This document shows positions 23,201 to 36,199 of a DNA stretch of 64,000 bases, piece by piece. The notes beneath the pieces are model-generated. The model ran no database searches. It was given only the letters and a program-made list of their open reading frames with translations, and had not been told where the DNA came from. Each line of letters opens with the position of its first letter. Within the stretch, counting starts at the first letter, position 1. Origin of the DNA: Eledone cirrhosa (Eukaryota). Position numbers and translations under genes: made by a program. The DNA is taken from the NCBI GenBank assembly GCA_964016885.1, contig OZ024744.1, forward strand, positions 16,306,001-16,370,000, in the 5' to 3' direction.

Positions 23201-26200
23201 GAGTATGAAGGAAGTTGGAGAAGGAGAGTATGAAGGAAGTTGGAGAAGGAGAGTATGAAGGAAGTTGAAGAAGGAGAATATGAAGGAAGTTGGAGAAGGA
23301 GAGTATGAAGGAAGTTGAAGGAGGAGAAGATGAAGGAAGTTGAAGGAGGAGAATATGAACGAATTTGGAGAAGGAGAGTATGAAGGAAGTTGGAGAATGA
23401 GAATCTGAAGGAAGTTGGAGAAGGAGAGTATGAAGGAAGTTGGAGAAGGAGAATCTGAAGGAAGTTGGAGAAGGAGAGTATGAAGGAAGTTGAAGAAGGA
23501 GAATCTGAAGGAAGTTGGAGAAGGAGAGTATGAAGGAAGTTGGGGGAGGAGAATATGAAGGAAGTTGAAGGAGGAGAATATGAACGAAGTTGAAGAAGGA
23601 GAATATGAAGGAAGTTGAAGGGGGAGAATATGAAGGAAGTTGAAGAAGGAGAATCAGAAGGAAGTTGGAGAAGGAGAGAATGAAGGAAGTTGAAGAAGGA
23701 GAATCTGAAAGATGTTGGAGAAGGAGAGTACTAAGGAAGTTGGAGAAGGAGAATCTGAAGGAAGTTGGAGAAGGAGAGCATGAAGGAAGTTGAAGGAGAA
23801 GTATATGAAGGAAGTTGAAGAAGGAGAATCTGAAGGAAGTTGGAGAAAGAGAGTATGAAGGAAGTTGAAGAAAGAGAATCTGAAGGAAGTTGGAAAAGGA
23901 GAGTATGAAGGAAGTTGGAGAAGGAGAATATGAAGGAAGTTGGAGAAGGAGAGTATGAAGGAAGTTGAAGAAGGAAAATCTGAAGGAAGTTGGAGGAGAG
24001 TATGAAGGAAGTTGGAGAAGGAGAATATGAAGGAAGTTGAAGAAGGAGAATATAAACGAATTTGGAGAAGGAGAGTATGAAGGAAGTTGGAGAAGGAGAA
24101 TCTGAAGGAAGTTGGAGAAGGAGAGTATGAAGGAAGTTGGAGAAGGAGACTCTGAAGGAAGTTGGAGAAGGAGAGTATGAAGGAAGTTGAAGGAGAAGAA
24201 TATGAAGGAAGTTGAAGGAGAATCTGAAGGAAGTTGGAGAAGGAGAGTATGAAGGAAGTTGAAGAAGGAGAATCTGAAGGAAGTTGGAGATGGAGAGTAT
24301 GGAGGAAGTTAGAGAAGGAGAATATGAAGGAAATTGAAGGAAGAGAATATGAACGAAGTTGGAGAAGGAGAATATGAAGGAAGTTGAAGGAGGAGAATAT
24401 GAAGGAAGTTGAAGAAGGAGAATCAGAAGGAAGTTGGAGAAGGAGAGTATGAAGGAAGTTGAAGAAGGAGAATCTGAAAGAAGTTGGAGAAGGAGAGTAT
24501 GCAGGAAGTTAGAAAAGGAGAGTATGAAGGAAGTTGGAGATGGAGAGTATGAAAGAAGTTGAATAAGGAGAATATCAAGGAAGTTGGAGAAGGAGAGTGT
24601 GATTGAAGTTGGAGAAGGAGAGTATGTAGGAAGTTGGAGATGGAAAATCTGAAGGAAGTTGGAGAAAGAGAGTATGAAGGAATTTGAAGGAGAAGAATAT
24701 GAACAAAGTTGAAGAAGGAGAATCTGAAGGAAGTTGGAGAAGGAGAGCATGAATGAAGTTGAAGAAGGAGAATCTGAAGGAAGTTGGAGAAAGAGAGTAT
24801 GAAGGAAGTTGAAGGAGTATATGAACGAAGTTGGAGATGGAGAATATGAAGAAAGTTGAAGTAGGAGAATATGAAGTAAGTTGAAGAAGGAGAATCAGCA
24901 GAAGGAAGTTGGAGAAGGAGAGTATGAAGGAAGTTGGAGAAGGAGAATATGAAGTAAGTTGAAGAAGGAGAATCAGAAGGAAGTTGGAGAAGGAGAGTAT
25001 GAAGGAAGTTGGAGAAGGGGAGTATGAAGGAAGTTGGAGAAGGAGAGTATGAAGGAGGTTGGAGGAGGAGAGTATGAAGGAAGTTAGAGAAGGAGAATAT
25101 GAAGGACGTTGGAGAAGGAGAGTATGAAGTAAGTTGGAGAAAAAGAATATGAAGGAAGGTGTGGAAGAAGGTATGAAGGAAGTTGGAGAAGGAGAGCATG
25201 AAGAGAGTTGGAGAAGGAGAGTATGAAGGAAGTTGGAGAAGGAGAGTATGAAGGAAGTTGAAGAAGGAGAATATGAAGGAAGTTGGAGAAGGAGAGTATG
25301 AAGGAAGTTGGAGAAGGAGAGTATGAAGGAAGTTGAAGGAAGAGAATATGAAGGAAGTTGAAGAAGGAGAATATGAAGGAAGTTGAAGAAGGAGAGTATG
25401 AAGGAAGTTGAAGGAAGAAAATATGAAGGAAGTTGGAGAAGGAGAGTATGAAGGAAGTTGGGGAAGAATGTATTAAGGAAGTTGGAGAAGGAGAGTATGA
25501 AGGATGTTGGAGAAGGAGAGTATGAAGGAAGTTGGAGAAGGAGAGTTTGAAGGAAGTTGAAGAAGGAGAATCTGAAGGAAGTTGGAGAAGGAGAGTATGA
25601 AGGAAGTTGAAGGAGGAGAATATGAAGGAAGTTGAAGGAGGAGAATATGAACGAATTTGGAGAAGGAGAGTATGAAGGAAGTTGGAGAATGAGAATCTGA
25701 AGGAAGTTGGAGAAGGAGAGTATGAAGGAAGTTGGAGAAGGAGAATCTGAAGGAAGTTGGAGAAGGAGTGTATGAAGGAAGTTGGAGAAGTAGAGTATGA
25801 AGAAAGTTGGAGAAGGAGAATAGGAATGAAGTTGAGGAAGAAGGTATGAAAGAAGTTGGAGAAGGAGATAATGAAGGAAGTTGAAGGAGGAGAATATGAA
25901 GGAAGTTGAAGAACGAAAATATGAAAGAAGTTGGAGAAGGAGAGTATGCAGGAAGTTAGAGAAGGAGAGTATGAAGGAAGTTGGAGATGGAGAGTATGAA
26001 AGAAGTTGAGTCAGGAGAATATCAAGCAAGTTGGAGAAGGAGAGTGTGATTGAAGTTGGAGAAGGAGAGTATGAAGGAAGTTGGAGAAGGAGAATAGGAA
26101 GGAAGTTGGAAAAGGAGAGTATGAAGGAGGTTGGAGGAGGAGAGTATGAAGGAAGTTGGAGATGGAGAATATGAAGGAAGTTGCAGAAGGATAATATGAG

Positions 26201-29200
26201 GGAAGTTGGAGAAGGAGAATATGAAGGAAGTTGAAGAAGGAGAGTATGAAGGAATTTGGAGAAGGAGAGCATGAAGGATGTTGAAGGAAGAAAATATGAA
26301 GGAAGTTGGAGAAGGAGAGTATGAAGGAAGTTGGGGAAGGAGAGTATGAAGGAAGTTGGAGAAGGAGAGTATGAAGGAAGTTGGAGAAGGAGAGTATGAA
26401 GGAAGTTGAAGAAGGAGAATATGAAGGAAGTTGGAGAAGGAGAGTATGAAGGAAGTTGAAGGAGGAGAAGATGAAGGAAGTTGAAGGAGGAGAATATGAA
26501 CGAATTTGGAGAAGGAGAGTATGAAGGAAGTTGGAGAATGAGAATCTGAAGGAAGTTGGAGAAGGAGAGTATGAAGGAAGTTGGAGAAGGAGAATCTGAA
26601 GGAAGTTGGAGAAGGAGAGTATGAAGGAAGTTGAAGAAGGAGAATCTGAAGGAAGTTGGAGAAGGAGAGTATGAAGGAAGTTGGGGGAGGAGAATATGAA
26701 GGAAGTTGAAGGAGGAGAATATGAACGAAGTTGAAGAAGGAGAATATGAAGGAAGTTGAAGGGGGAGAATATGAAGGAAGTTGAAGAAGGAGAATCAGAA
26801 GGAAGTTGGAGAAGGAGAGAATGAAGGAAGTTGAAGAAGGAGAATCTGAAAGATGTTGGAGAAGGAGAGTACTAAGGAAGTTGGAGAAGGAGAATCTGAA
26901 GGAAGTTGGAGAAGGAGAGCATGAAGGAAGTTGAAGGAGAAGTATATGAAGGAAGTTGAAGAAGGAGAATCTGAAGGAAGTTGGAGAAAGAGAGTATGAA
27001 GGAAGTTGAAGAAAGAGAATCTGAAGGAAGTTGGAAAAGGAGAGTATGAAGGAAGTTGGAGAAGGAGAATATGAAGGAAGTTGGAGAAGGAGAGTATGAA
27101 GGAAGTTGAAGAAGGAAAATCTGAAGGAAGTTGGAGGAGAGTATGAAGGAAGTTGGAGAAGGAGAATATGAAGGAAGTTGAAGAAGGAGAATATAAACGA
27201 ATTTGGAGAAGGAGAGTATGAAGGAAGTTGGAGAAGGAGAATCTGAAGGAAGTTGGAGAAGGAGAGTATGAAGGAAGTTGAAGGAGAAGAATATGAAGGA
27301 AGTTGAAGGAGAACCTGAAGGAAGTTGGAGAAGGAGAGTATGAAGGAAGTTGAAGAAGGAGAATCTGAAGGAAGTTGGAGATGGAGAGTATGGAGGAAGT
27401 TAGAGAAGGAGAATATGAAGGAAATTGAAGGAAGAGAATATGAATGAAGTTGGAGAAGGAGAATATGAAGGAAGTTGAAGGAGGAGAATATGAAGGAAGT
27501 TGAAGAAGGAGAATCAGAAGGAAGTTGGAGAAGGAGAGTATGAAGGAAGTTGAAGAAGGAGAATCTGAAAGAAGTTGGAGAAGGAGAGTATGAAGGAAGT
27601 TGGAGATGGAAAATCTGAAGGAAGTTGGAGAAAGAGAGTATGAAGGAATTTGAAGGAGAAGAATATGAAGGAAGTTGAAGAAGGAGAATCTGAAGGAAGT
27701 TGGAGAAGGAGAGCATGAATGAAGTTGAAGAAGGAGAATCTGAAGGAAGTTGGAGAAAGAGAGTATGAAGGAAGTTGAAGGAGTATATGAACGAAGTTGG
27801 AGATGGAGAATATGAAGAAAGTTGAAGTAGGAGAATATGAAGTAAGTTGAAGAAGGAGAATCAGCAGAAGGAAGTTGGAGAAGGAGAGTATGAAGGAAGT
27901 TGGAGAAGGAGAATATGAAGTACGTTGAAGAAGGAGAATCAGAAGGAAGTTGGAGAAGGAGAGTATGAAGGAAGTTGGAGAAGGAGAGTATGAAGGAAGT
28001 TGGAGAAGGAGAGTATGAAGGAAGTTGAAGAAGGAGAATATGAAGGAAGTTGGAGAAGGAGAGTATGAAGGAAGTTGGAGAAGGAGAGTATGAAAGAAGT
28101 TGAAGGAAGAGAATATGAAGGAAGTTGAAGAAGGAGAATGTGAAGGAAGTTGAAGAAGGAGAGTATGAAGGAAGTTGAAGGAAGAAAATATGAAGGAATT
28201 TGGAGGAGGAGAATATGATGAAAGTTGGAGAAGGAGAATATGAAGGAAGTTGAAGAAGGAGAATCTGAAGGAAGTTGGAGAAGGAGAGTATGAAGGAAGT
28301 TGGAGAAGGAGAGTATGAAGGAAGTTGGAGAAGGAGAGTATGAAGGAAGTTGAAGGAAGAAAATATGAAGGAAGTTGGAGAAGGAGAGTATGAAGGAAGT
28401 TGGGGAAGGAGAGTATGAAGGAAGTTGGAGAAGGAGAGTATGAAGGAAGTTGGAGAAGGAGAGTATGAAGGAAGTTGGAGAAGGAGAGTATGAAGGAAGT
28501 TGAAGAAGGAGAATATGAAGGAAGTTGGAGAAGAAGAGTATGAAGGAAGTTGAAGGAGGAGAACATGAAGGAAGTTGAAGAAGGAGAATCTGAAGGAAGT
28601 TGGAGAAGGAGAGTATGAAGGAAGTTGAAGGAGGAGAATATGAAGGAAGTTGAAGGAGGAGAATATGAACGAATTTGGAGAAGGAGAGTATGAAGGAAGT
28701 TGGAGAATGAGAATCTGAAGGAAGTTGGAGAAGGAGAGTATGAAGGAAGTTGTCGAAGGAGAATCTGAAAGAAGTTGGAGAAGGAGAGTATGAAGGAAGT
28801 TGAAGAAGGAGAATCTGAAAGATGTTGGAGAAGGAGAGTACTAAGGAAGTTGGAGAAGGAGAATCTGAAGGAAGTTGGAGAAGGAGAGTATGAAGGAAGT
28901 TGAAGGAGAAGTATATGAAGGAAGTTGAAGAAGGAGAATCTGAAGGAAGTTGGAAAAGGAGAGTATGAAGGAAGTTGGAGAAGGAGAATATGAAGGAAGT
29001 TGGAAAAGGAGAGTATGAAGGAAGTTGGAGAAGGAGAATATGAAGGAAGTTGGAGAAGGAGAGTATGAAGGAAGTTGAAGAAGGAAAATCTGAAGGAAGT
29101 TGGAGGAGAGTATGAAGGAAGTTGGAGAAGGAGAATATGAAGGAAGTTGAAGAATGAGAATATAAACGAATTTGGAGAAGGAGAGTATGAAGGAAGTTGG

Positions 29201-32200
29201 AGAAGGAGAGTATGAAGGAAGTTGGAGAAGGAGAGTATGAAGGAAGTTGAAGGAGAAGAATATGAAGGAAGTTGAAGGAGAATCTGAAGGATGTTGGAGA
29301 AGGAGAGTATGAAGGAAGTTGAAGAAGGAGAATCTGAAGGAAGTTGGAGATGGAGAGTATGGAGGAAGTTAGAGAAGGAGAATATGATGGAAATTGAAGG
29401 AAGAGAATATGAACGAAGTTGGAGAAGGAGAATATGAAGGAAGTTGGAGAAGGAGAGTATGAAGGAAGTTGAAGAAGGAGAATCTGAAAGAAGTTGGAGA
29501 AGGAGAGTATGAAGGAAGTTGGAGATGGAAAATCTGAAGGAAGTTGGAGAAAGAGAGTATGAAGGAATTTGAAGGAGAAGAATATGAAGGAAGTTGAAGA
29601 AGGAGAATCTGAAGGAAGTTGGAGAAGGAGAGCATGAATGAAGTTGAAGAAGGAGAATCTGAAGGAAGTTGGAGAAGGAGAGTATGAAGGAAGTTGGGGG
29701 AGGAGAATATGAAGGAAGTTGAAGGAGGAGAATATGAACGAATTTGAAGAAGGAGAATATGAAGGAAGTTGAAGGGGGAGAATATGAAGGAAGTTGAAGA
29801 AGGAGAATCAGAAGGAAGTTGGAGAAGGAGAGAATGAAGGAAGTTGAAGAAGGAGAATCTGAAAGATGTTGGAGAAGGAGAGTACTAAGGAAGTTGGAGA
29901 AGGAGAATCTGAAGGAAGTTGGAGAAGGAGAGTATGAAGGAAGTTGAAGGAGAAGAATATGAAGGAAGTTGAAGAAGGAGAATCTGAAGGAAGTTGGAGA
30001 AAGAGAGTATGAAGGAAGTTGAAGAAGGAGAATCTGAAGGAAGTTGGAAAAGGAGAGTATGAAGGAAGTTGGAGAAGGAGAATATGAAGGAAGTTGGAGA
30101 AGGAGAGTATGAAGGAAGTTGAAGAAGGAAAATCTGAAGGAAGTTGGAGGAGAGTATGAAGGAAGTTGGAGAAGGAGAATATGAAGGAAGTTGAAGAAGG
30201 AGAATATAAACGAATTTGGAGAAGGAGAGTATGAAGGAAGTTGGAGAAGGAGACTCTGAAGGAAGTTGGAGAAGGAGAGTATGAAGGAAGTTGAAGGAGA
30301 AGAATATGAAGGAAGTTGAAGGAGAATCTGATGGAAGTTGGAGAAGGAGAGTATGAAGGAAGTTGAAGAAGGAGAATCTGAAGGAAGTTGGAGATGGAGA
30401 GTATGGAGGAAGTTAGAGAAGGAGAATATGAAGGAAATTGAAGGAAGAGAATATGAACGAAGTTGGAGAAGGAGAATATGAAGGAAGTTGAAGGAGGAGA
30501 ATATGAAGGAAGTTGAAGAAGGAGAATCAGAAGGAAGTTGGAGAAGGAGAGTATGAAGGAAGTTGAAGAAGGAGAATCTGAAAGAAGTTGGAGAAGGAGA
30601 GTATGCAGGAAGTTAGAAAAGGAGAGTATGAAGGAAGTTGGAGATGGAGAGTATGAAAGAAGTTGAATAAGGAGAATATCAAGGAAGTTGGAGAAGGAGA
30701 GTGTGATTGAAGTTGGAGAAGGAGAGTATGTAGGAAGTTGGAGATGGAAAATCTGAAGGAAGTTGGAGAAAGAGAGTATGAAGGAATTTGAAGGAGAAGA
30801 ATATGAACAAAGTTGAAGAAGGAGAATCTGAAGGAAGTTGGAGAAGGAGAGCATGAATGAAGTTGAAGAAGGAGAATCTGAAGGAAGTTGGAGAAAGAGA
30901 GTTTGAAGGAAGTTGAAGGAGTATATGAACGAAGTTGGAGATGGAGAATATGAAGAAAGTTGAAGTAGGAGAATATGAAGTAAGTTGAAGAAGGAGAATC
31001 AGCAGAAGGAAGTTGGAGAAGGAGAGTATGAAGGAAGTTGGAGAAGGAGAATATGAAGTAAGTTGAAGAAGGAGAATCAGAAGGAAGTTGGAGAAGGAGA
31101 GTATGAAGGAAGTTGGAGAAGGGGAGTATGAAGGAAGTTGGAGAAGGAGAGTATGAAGGAGGTTGGAGGAGGAGAGTATGAAGGAAGTTAGAGAAGGAGA
31201 ATATGAAGGACGTTGGAGAAGGAGAGTATGAAGTAAGTTGGAGAAAAAGAATATGAAGGAAGGTGTGGAAGAAGGTATGAAGGAAGTTGGAGAAGGAGAG
31301 CATGAAGAGAGTTGGAGAAGGAGAGTATGAAGGAAGTTGGAGAAGGAGAGTATGAAGGAAGTTGAAGAAGGAGAATATGAAGGAAGTTGGAGAAGGAGAG
31401 TATGAAGGAAGTTGGAGAAGGAGAGTATGAAGGAAGTTGAAGGAAGAGAATATGAAGGAAGTTGAAGAAGGAGAATATGAAGGAAGTTGAAGAAGGAGAG
31501 TATGAAGGAAGTTGAAGGAAGAAAATATGAAGGAAGTTGGAGAAGGAGAGTATGAAGGAAGTTGGGGAAGAATGTATTAAGGAAGTTGGAGAAGGAGAGT
31601 ATGAAGGAAGTTGGAGAAGGAGAGTTTGAAGGAAGTTGAAGAAGGAGAATCTGAAGGAAGTTGGAGAAGGAGAGTATGAAGGAAGTTGAAGGAGGAGAAT
31701 ATGAAGGAAGTTGAAGGAGGAGAATATGAACGAATTTGGAGAAGGAGAGTATGAAGGAAGTTGGAGAATGAGAATCTGAAGGAAGTTGGAGAAGGAGAGT
31801 ATGAAGGAAGTTGGAGAAGGAGAATCTGAAGGAAGTTGGAGAAGGAGAGTATGAAGGAAGTTGGAGAAGTAGAGTATGAAGAAAGTTGGAGAAGGAGAAT
31901 AGGAATGAAGTTGAGGAAGAAGGTATGAAAGAAGTTGGAGAAGGAGATAATGAAGGAAGTTGAAGGAGGAGAATATGAAGGAAGTTGAAGAACGAAAATA
32001 TGAAAGAAGTTGGAGAAGGAGAGTATGCAGGAAGTTAGAGAAGGAGAGTATGAAGGAAGTTGGAGATGGAGAGTATGAAAGAAGTTGAGTCAGGAGAATA
32101 TCAAGGAAGTTGGAGAAGGAGAGTGTGTTTGAAGTTGGAGAAGGAGAGTATGAAGGAAGTTGGAGAAGGAGAATAGGAAGGAAGTTGGAAAAGGAGAGTA

Positions 32201-34200
32201 TGAAGGAGGTTGGAGGAGGAGAGTATGAAGGAAGTTGGAGATGGAGAATATGAAGGAAGTTGCAGAAGGATAATATGAGGGAAGTTGGAGAAGGAGAATA
32301 TGAAGGAAGTTGAAGAAGGAGAGTATGAAGGAATTTGGAGAAGGAGAGTATGAAGGATGTTGAAGGAAGAAAATATGAAGGAAGTTGGAGAAGGAGAATA
32401 TGAAGGAAGTTGGGGAAGGAGAGTATGAAGGAAGTTGGAGAAGGAGAGTATGAAGGAAGTTGGAGAAGGAGAGTATGAAGGAAGTTGAAGAAGGAGAATA
32501 TGAAGGAAGTTGGAGAAGGAGAGTATGAAGGAAGTTGAAGGAGGAGAAGATGAAGGAAGTTGAAGGAGGAGAATATGAACGAATTTGGAGAAGGAGAGTA
32601 TGAAGGAAGTTGGAGAATGAGAATCTGAAGGAAGTTGGAGAAGGAGAGTATGAAGGAAGTTGGAGAAGGAGAATCTGAAGGAAGTTGGAGAAGGAGAGTA
32701 TGAAGGAAGTTGAAGAAGGAGAATCTGAAGGAAGTTGGAGAAGGAGAGTATGAAGGAAGTTGGGGGAGGAGAATATGAAGGAAGTTGAAGGAGGAGAATA
32801 TGAACGAAGTTGAAGAAGGAGAATATGAAGGAAGTTGAAGGGGGAGAATATGAAGGAAGTTGAAGAAGGAGAATCAGAAGGAAGTTGGAGAAGGAGAGAA
32901 TGAAGGAAGTTGAAGAAGGAGAATCTGAAAGATGTTGGAGAAGGAGAGTACTAAGGAAGTTGGAGAAGGAGAATCTGAAGGAAGTTGGAGAAGGAGAGCA
33001 TGAAGGAAGTTGAAGGAGAAGTATATGAAGGAAGTTGAAGAAGGAGAATCTGAAGGAAGTTGGAGAAAGAGAGTATGAAGGAAGTTGAAGAAAGAGAATC
33101 TGAAGGAAGTTGGAAAAGGAGAGTATGAAGGAAGTTGGAGAAGGAGAATATGAAGGAAGTTGGAGAAGGAGAGTATGAAGGAAGTTGAAGAAGGAAAATC
33201 TGAAGGAAGTTGGAGGAGAGTATGAAGGAAGTTGGAGAAGGAGAATATGAAGGAAGTTGAAGAAGGAGAATATAAACGAATTTGGAGAAGGAGAGTATGA
33301 AGGAAGTTGGAGAAGGAGAATCTGAAGGAAGTTGGAGAAGGAGAGTATGAAGGAAGTTGAAGGAGAAGAATATGAAGGAAGTTGAAGGAGAATCTGAAGG
33401 AAGTTGGAGAAGGAGAGTATGAAGGAAGTTGAAGAAGGAGAATCTGAAGGAAGTTGGAGATGGAGAGTATGAAGGAAGTTAGAGAAGGAGAATATGAAGG
33501 AAATTGAAGGAAGAGAATATGAATGAAGTTGGAGAAGGAGAATATGAAGGAAGTTGAAGGAGGAGAATATGAAGGAAGTTGAAGAAGGAGAATCAGAAGG
33601 AAGTTGGAGAAGGAGAGTATGAAGGAAGTTGAAGAAGGAGAATCTGAAAGAAGTTGGAGAAGGAGAGTATGAAGGAAGTTGGAGATGGAAAATCTGAAGG
33701 AAGTTGGAGAAAGAGAGTATGAAGGAATTTGAAGGAGAAGAATATGAAGGAAGTTGAAGAAGGAGAATCTGAAGGAAGTTGGAGAAGGAGAGCATGAATG
33801 AAGTTGAAGAAGGAGAATCTGAAGGAAGTTGGAGAAAGAGAGTATGAAGGAAGTTGAAGGAGTATATGAACGAAGTTGGAGATGGAGAATATGAAGAAAG
33901 TTGAAGTAGGAGAATATGAAGTAAGTTGAAGAAGGAGAATCAGCAGAAGGAAGTTGGAGAAGGAGAGTATGAAGGAAGTTGGAGAAGGAGAATATGAAGT
34001 ACGTTGAAGAAGGAGAATCAGAAGGAAGTTGGAGAAGGAGAGTATGAAGGAAGTTGGAGAAGGAGAGTATGAAGGAAGTTGGAGAAGGAGAGTATGAAGG
34101 AAGTTGAAGAAGGAGAATATGAAGGAAGTTGGAGAAGGAGAGTATGAAGGAAGTTGGAGAAGGAGAGTATGAAGGAAGTTGGAGAAGGAGAGTATGAAGG
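20300..34200 (+). repeat. Higher-order repeat region with ~3-kb units, partly arranged as a ~6.1-kb dimer
   Basis: The TCAGCAG marker at 21804, 24895, 27861, 30999 and 33940 gives spacings of 3091, 2966, 3138 and 2941. Paired spurious ORFs: 24423-25199/30527-31303 (offset 6104), 26022-27716/32101-33795 (6079) and 20613-21659/29808-30854 (9195). Confidence 0.85.
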
Positions 34201-36199
34201 AAGTTGAAGGAAGAAAATATGAAGGAAGTTGGAGAAGGAGAGTATGAAGGAAGTTGGGAAAGGAGAGTATGAAGGAAGTTGGAGAAGGAGAGTATGAAGG
34301 AAGTTGGAGAAGGAGAGTATGAAGGAAGTTGGAGAAGGAGAGTATGAAGGAAGTTGAAGAAGGAGAATATGAAGGAAGTTGGAGAAGAAGAGTATGAAGG
34401 AAGTTGAAGGAGGAGAACATGAAGGAAGTTGAAGAAGGAGAATCTGAAGGAAGTTGGAGAAGGAGAGTATGAAGGAAGTTGAAGGAGGAGAATATGAAGG
34501 AAGTTGAAGGAGGAGAATATGAACGAATTTGGAGAATGAGAGTATGAAGGAAGTTGGAGAATGAGAATCTGAAGGAAGTTGGAGAAGGAGAGTATGAAGG
34601 AAGTTGTCGAAGGAGAATCTGAAAGAAGTTGGAGAAGGAGAGTATGAAGGAAGTTGAAGAAGGCGAATCTGAAGGAAGTTGGAGAAGGAGAGTATGAAGG
34701 AAGTTGGGGGAGGAGAATATGAAGGAAGTTGAAGGAGGAGAATATGAACGAAGTTGAAGAAGGAGAATATGAAGGAAGTTGAAGGAGGAGAATATGAAGG
34801 AAGTTGAAGAAGGAGAATCAGAAGGAATTTGGAGGAGGAGAGAATGAAGGAAGTTGAAGAAGGGGAATCTGAAAGATGTTGGAGAAGGAGAGTAGTAAGG
34901 AAGTTGGAGAAGGAGAATCTGAAGGAAGTTGGAGAAGGAGAGTATGAAGGAAGTTGAAGGAGGAGAATATGAAGGAAGTTGAAGGAGGAGAATATGAACG
35001 AAGTTGAAGAAGGAGAATATGAAGGAAGTTGAAGGAGAAGTATATGAAGGAAGTTGAAGAAGGAGAATCTGAAGGAAGTTGGAGAAAGAGAGTATGAAGG
35101 AAGTTGAAGAAGGAGAATCTGAAGGAAGTTGGAAAAGGAGAGTATTAAGGAAGTTGGAGAAGGAGAATATGAAGGAAGTTGGAGAAGGAGAGTATGAAGG
35201 AAGTTGAAGAAGGAAAATCTGAAGGAAGTTGGAGGAGAGTATGAAGGAAGTTGGAGAAGGAGAATATGAAGGAAGTTGAAGAAGGAGAATATAAACGAAT
35301 TTGGAGAAGGAGAGTATGAAGGAAGTTGGAGAATGAGAATCTGAAGGAAGTTTGAGAAGGAGAGTATGAAGGAAGTTGGAGAAGGAGACTCTGAAGGAAG
35401 TTGGAGAAGGAGAGTATGAAGGAAGTTGAAGGAGAAGAATATGAAGGAAGTTGAAGGAGAATCTGAAGGAAGTTGGAGAAGGAGAGTATGAAGGAAGTTG
35501 AAGAAGGAGAATCTGAAGGAAGTTGGAGATGGAGAGTATGGAGGAAGTTAGAGAAGGAGAATATGAAGGAAATTGAAGGAAGAGAATATGAACGAAGTTG
35601 GAGAAGGAGAATATGAAGGAAGTTGAAGGAGGAGAATATGAAGGAAGTTGAAGAAGGAGAATCAGAAGGAAGTTGGAGAAGGAGAGTATGAAGGAAGTTG
35701 AAGAAGGAGAATCTGAAAGAAGTTGGAGAAGGAGAGTATGCAGGAAGTTAGAAAAGGAGAGTATGAAGGAAGTTGGAGATGGAGAGTATGAAAGAAGTTG
35801 AATAAGGAGAATATCAAGGAAGTTGGAGAAGGAGAGTGTGATTGAAGTTGGAGAAGGAGAGTATGTAGGAAGTTGGAGATGGAAAATCTGAAGGAAGTTG
35901 GAGAAAGAGAGTATGAAGGAATTTGAAGGAGAAGAATATGAAGGAAGTTGAAGAAGGAGAATCTGAAGGAAGTTGGAGAAGGAGAGCATGAATGAAGTTG
36001 AAGAAGGAGAATCTGAAGGAAGTTGGAGAAAGAGAGTATGAAGGAAGTTGAAGGAGTATATGAACGAAGTTGGAGATGGAGAATATGAAGAAAGTTGAAG
36101 TAGGAGAATATGAAGTAAGTTGAAGAAGGAGAATCAGCAGAAGGAAGTTGGAGAAGGAGAGTATGAAGTAAGTTGAAGAAGGAGAATCAGAAGGAAGTT

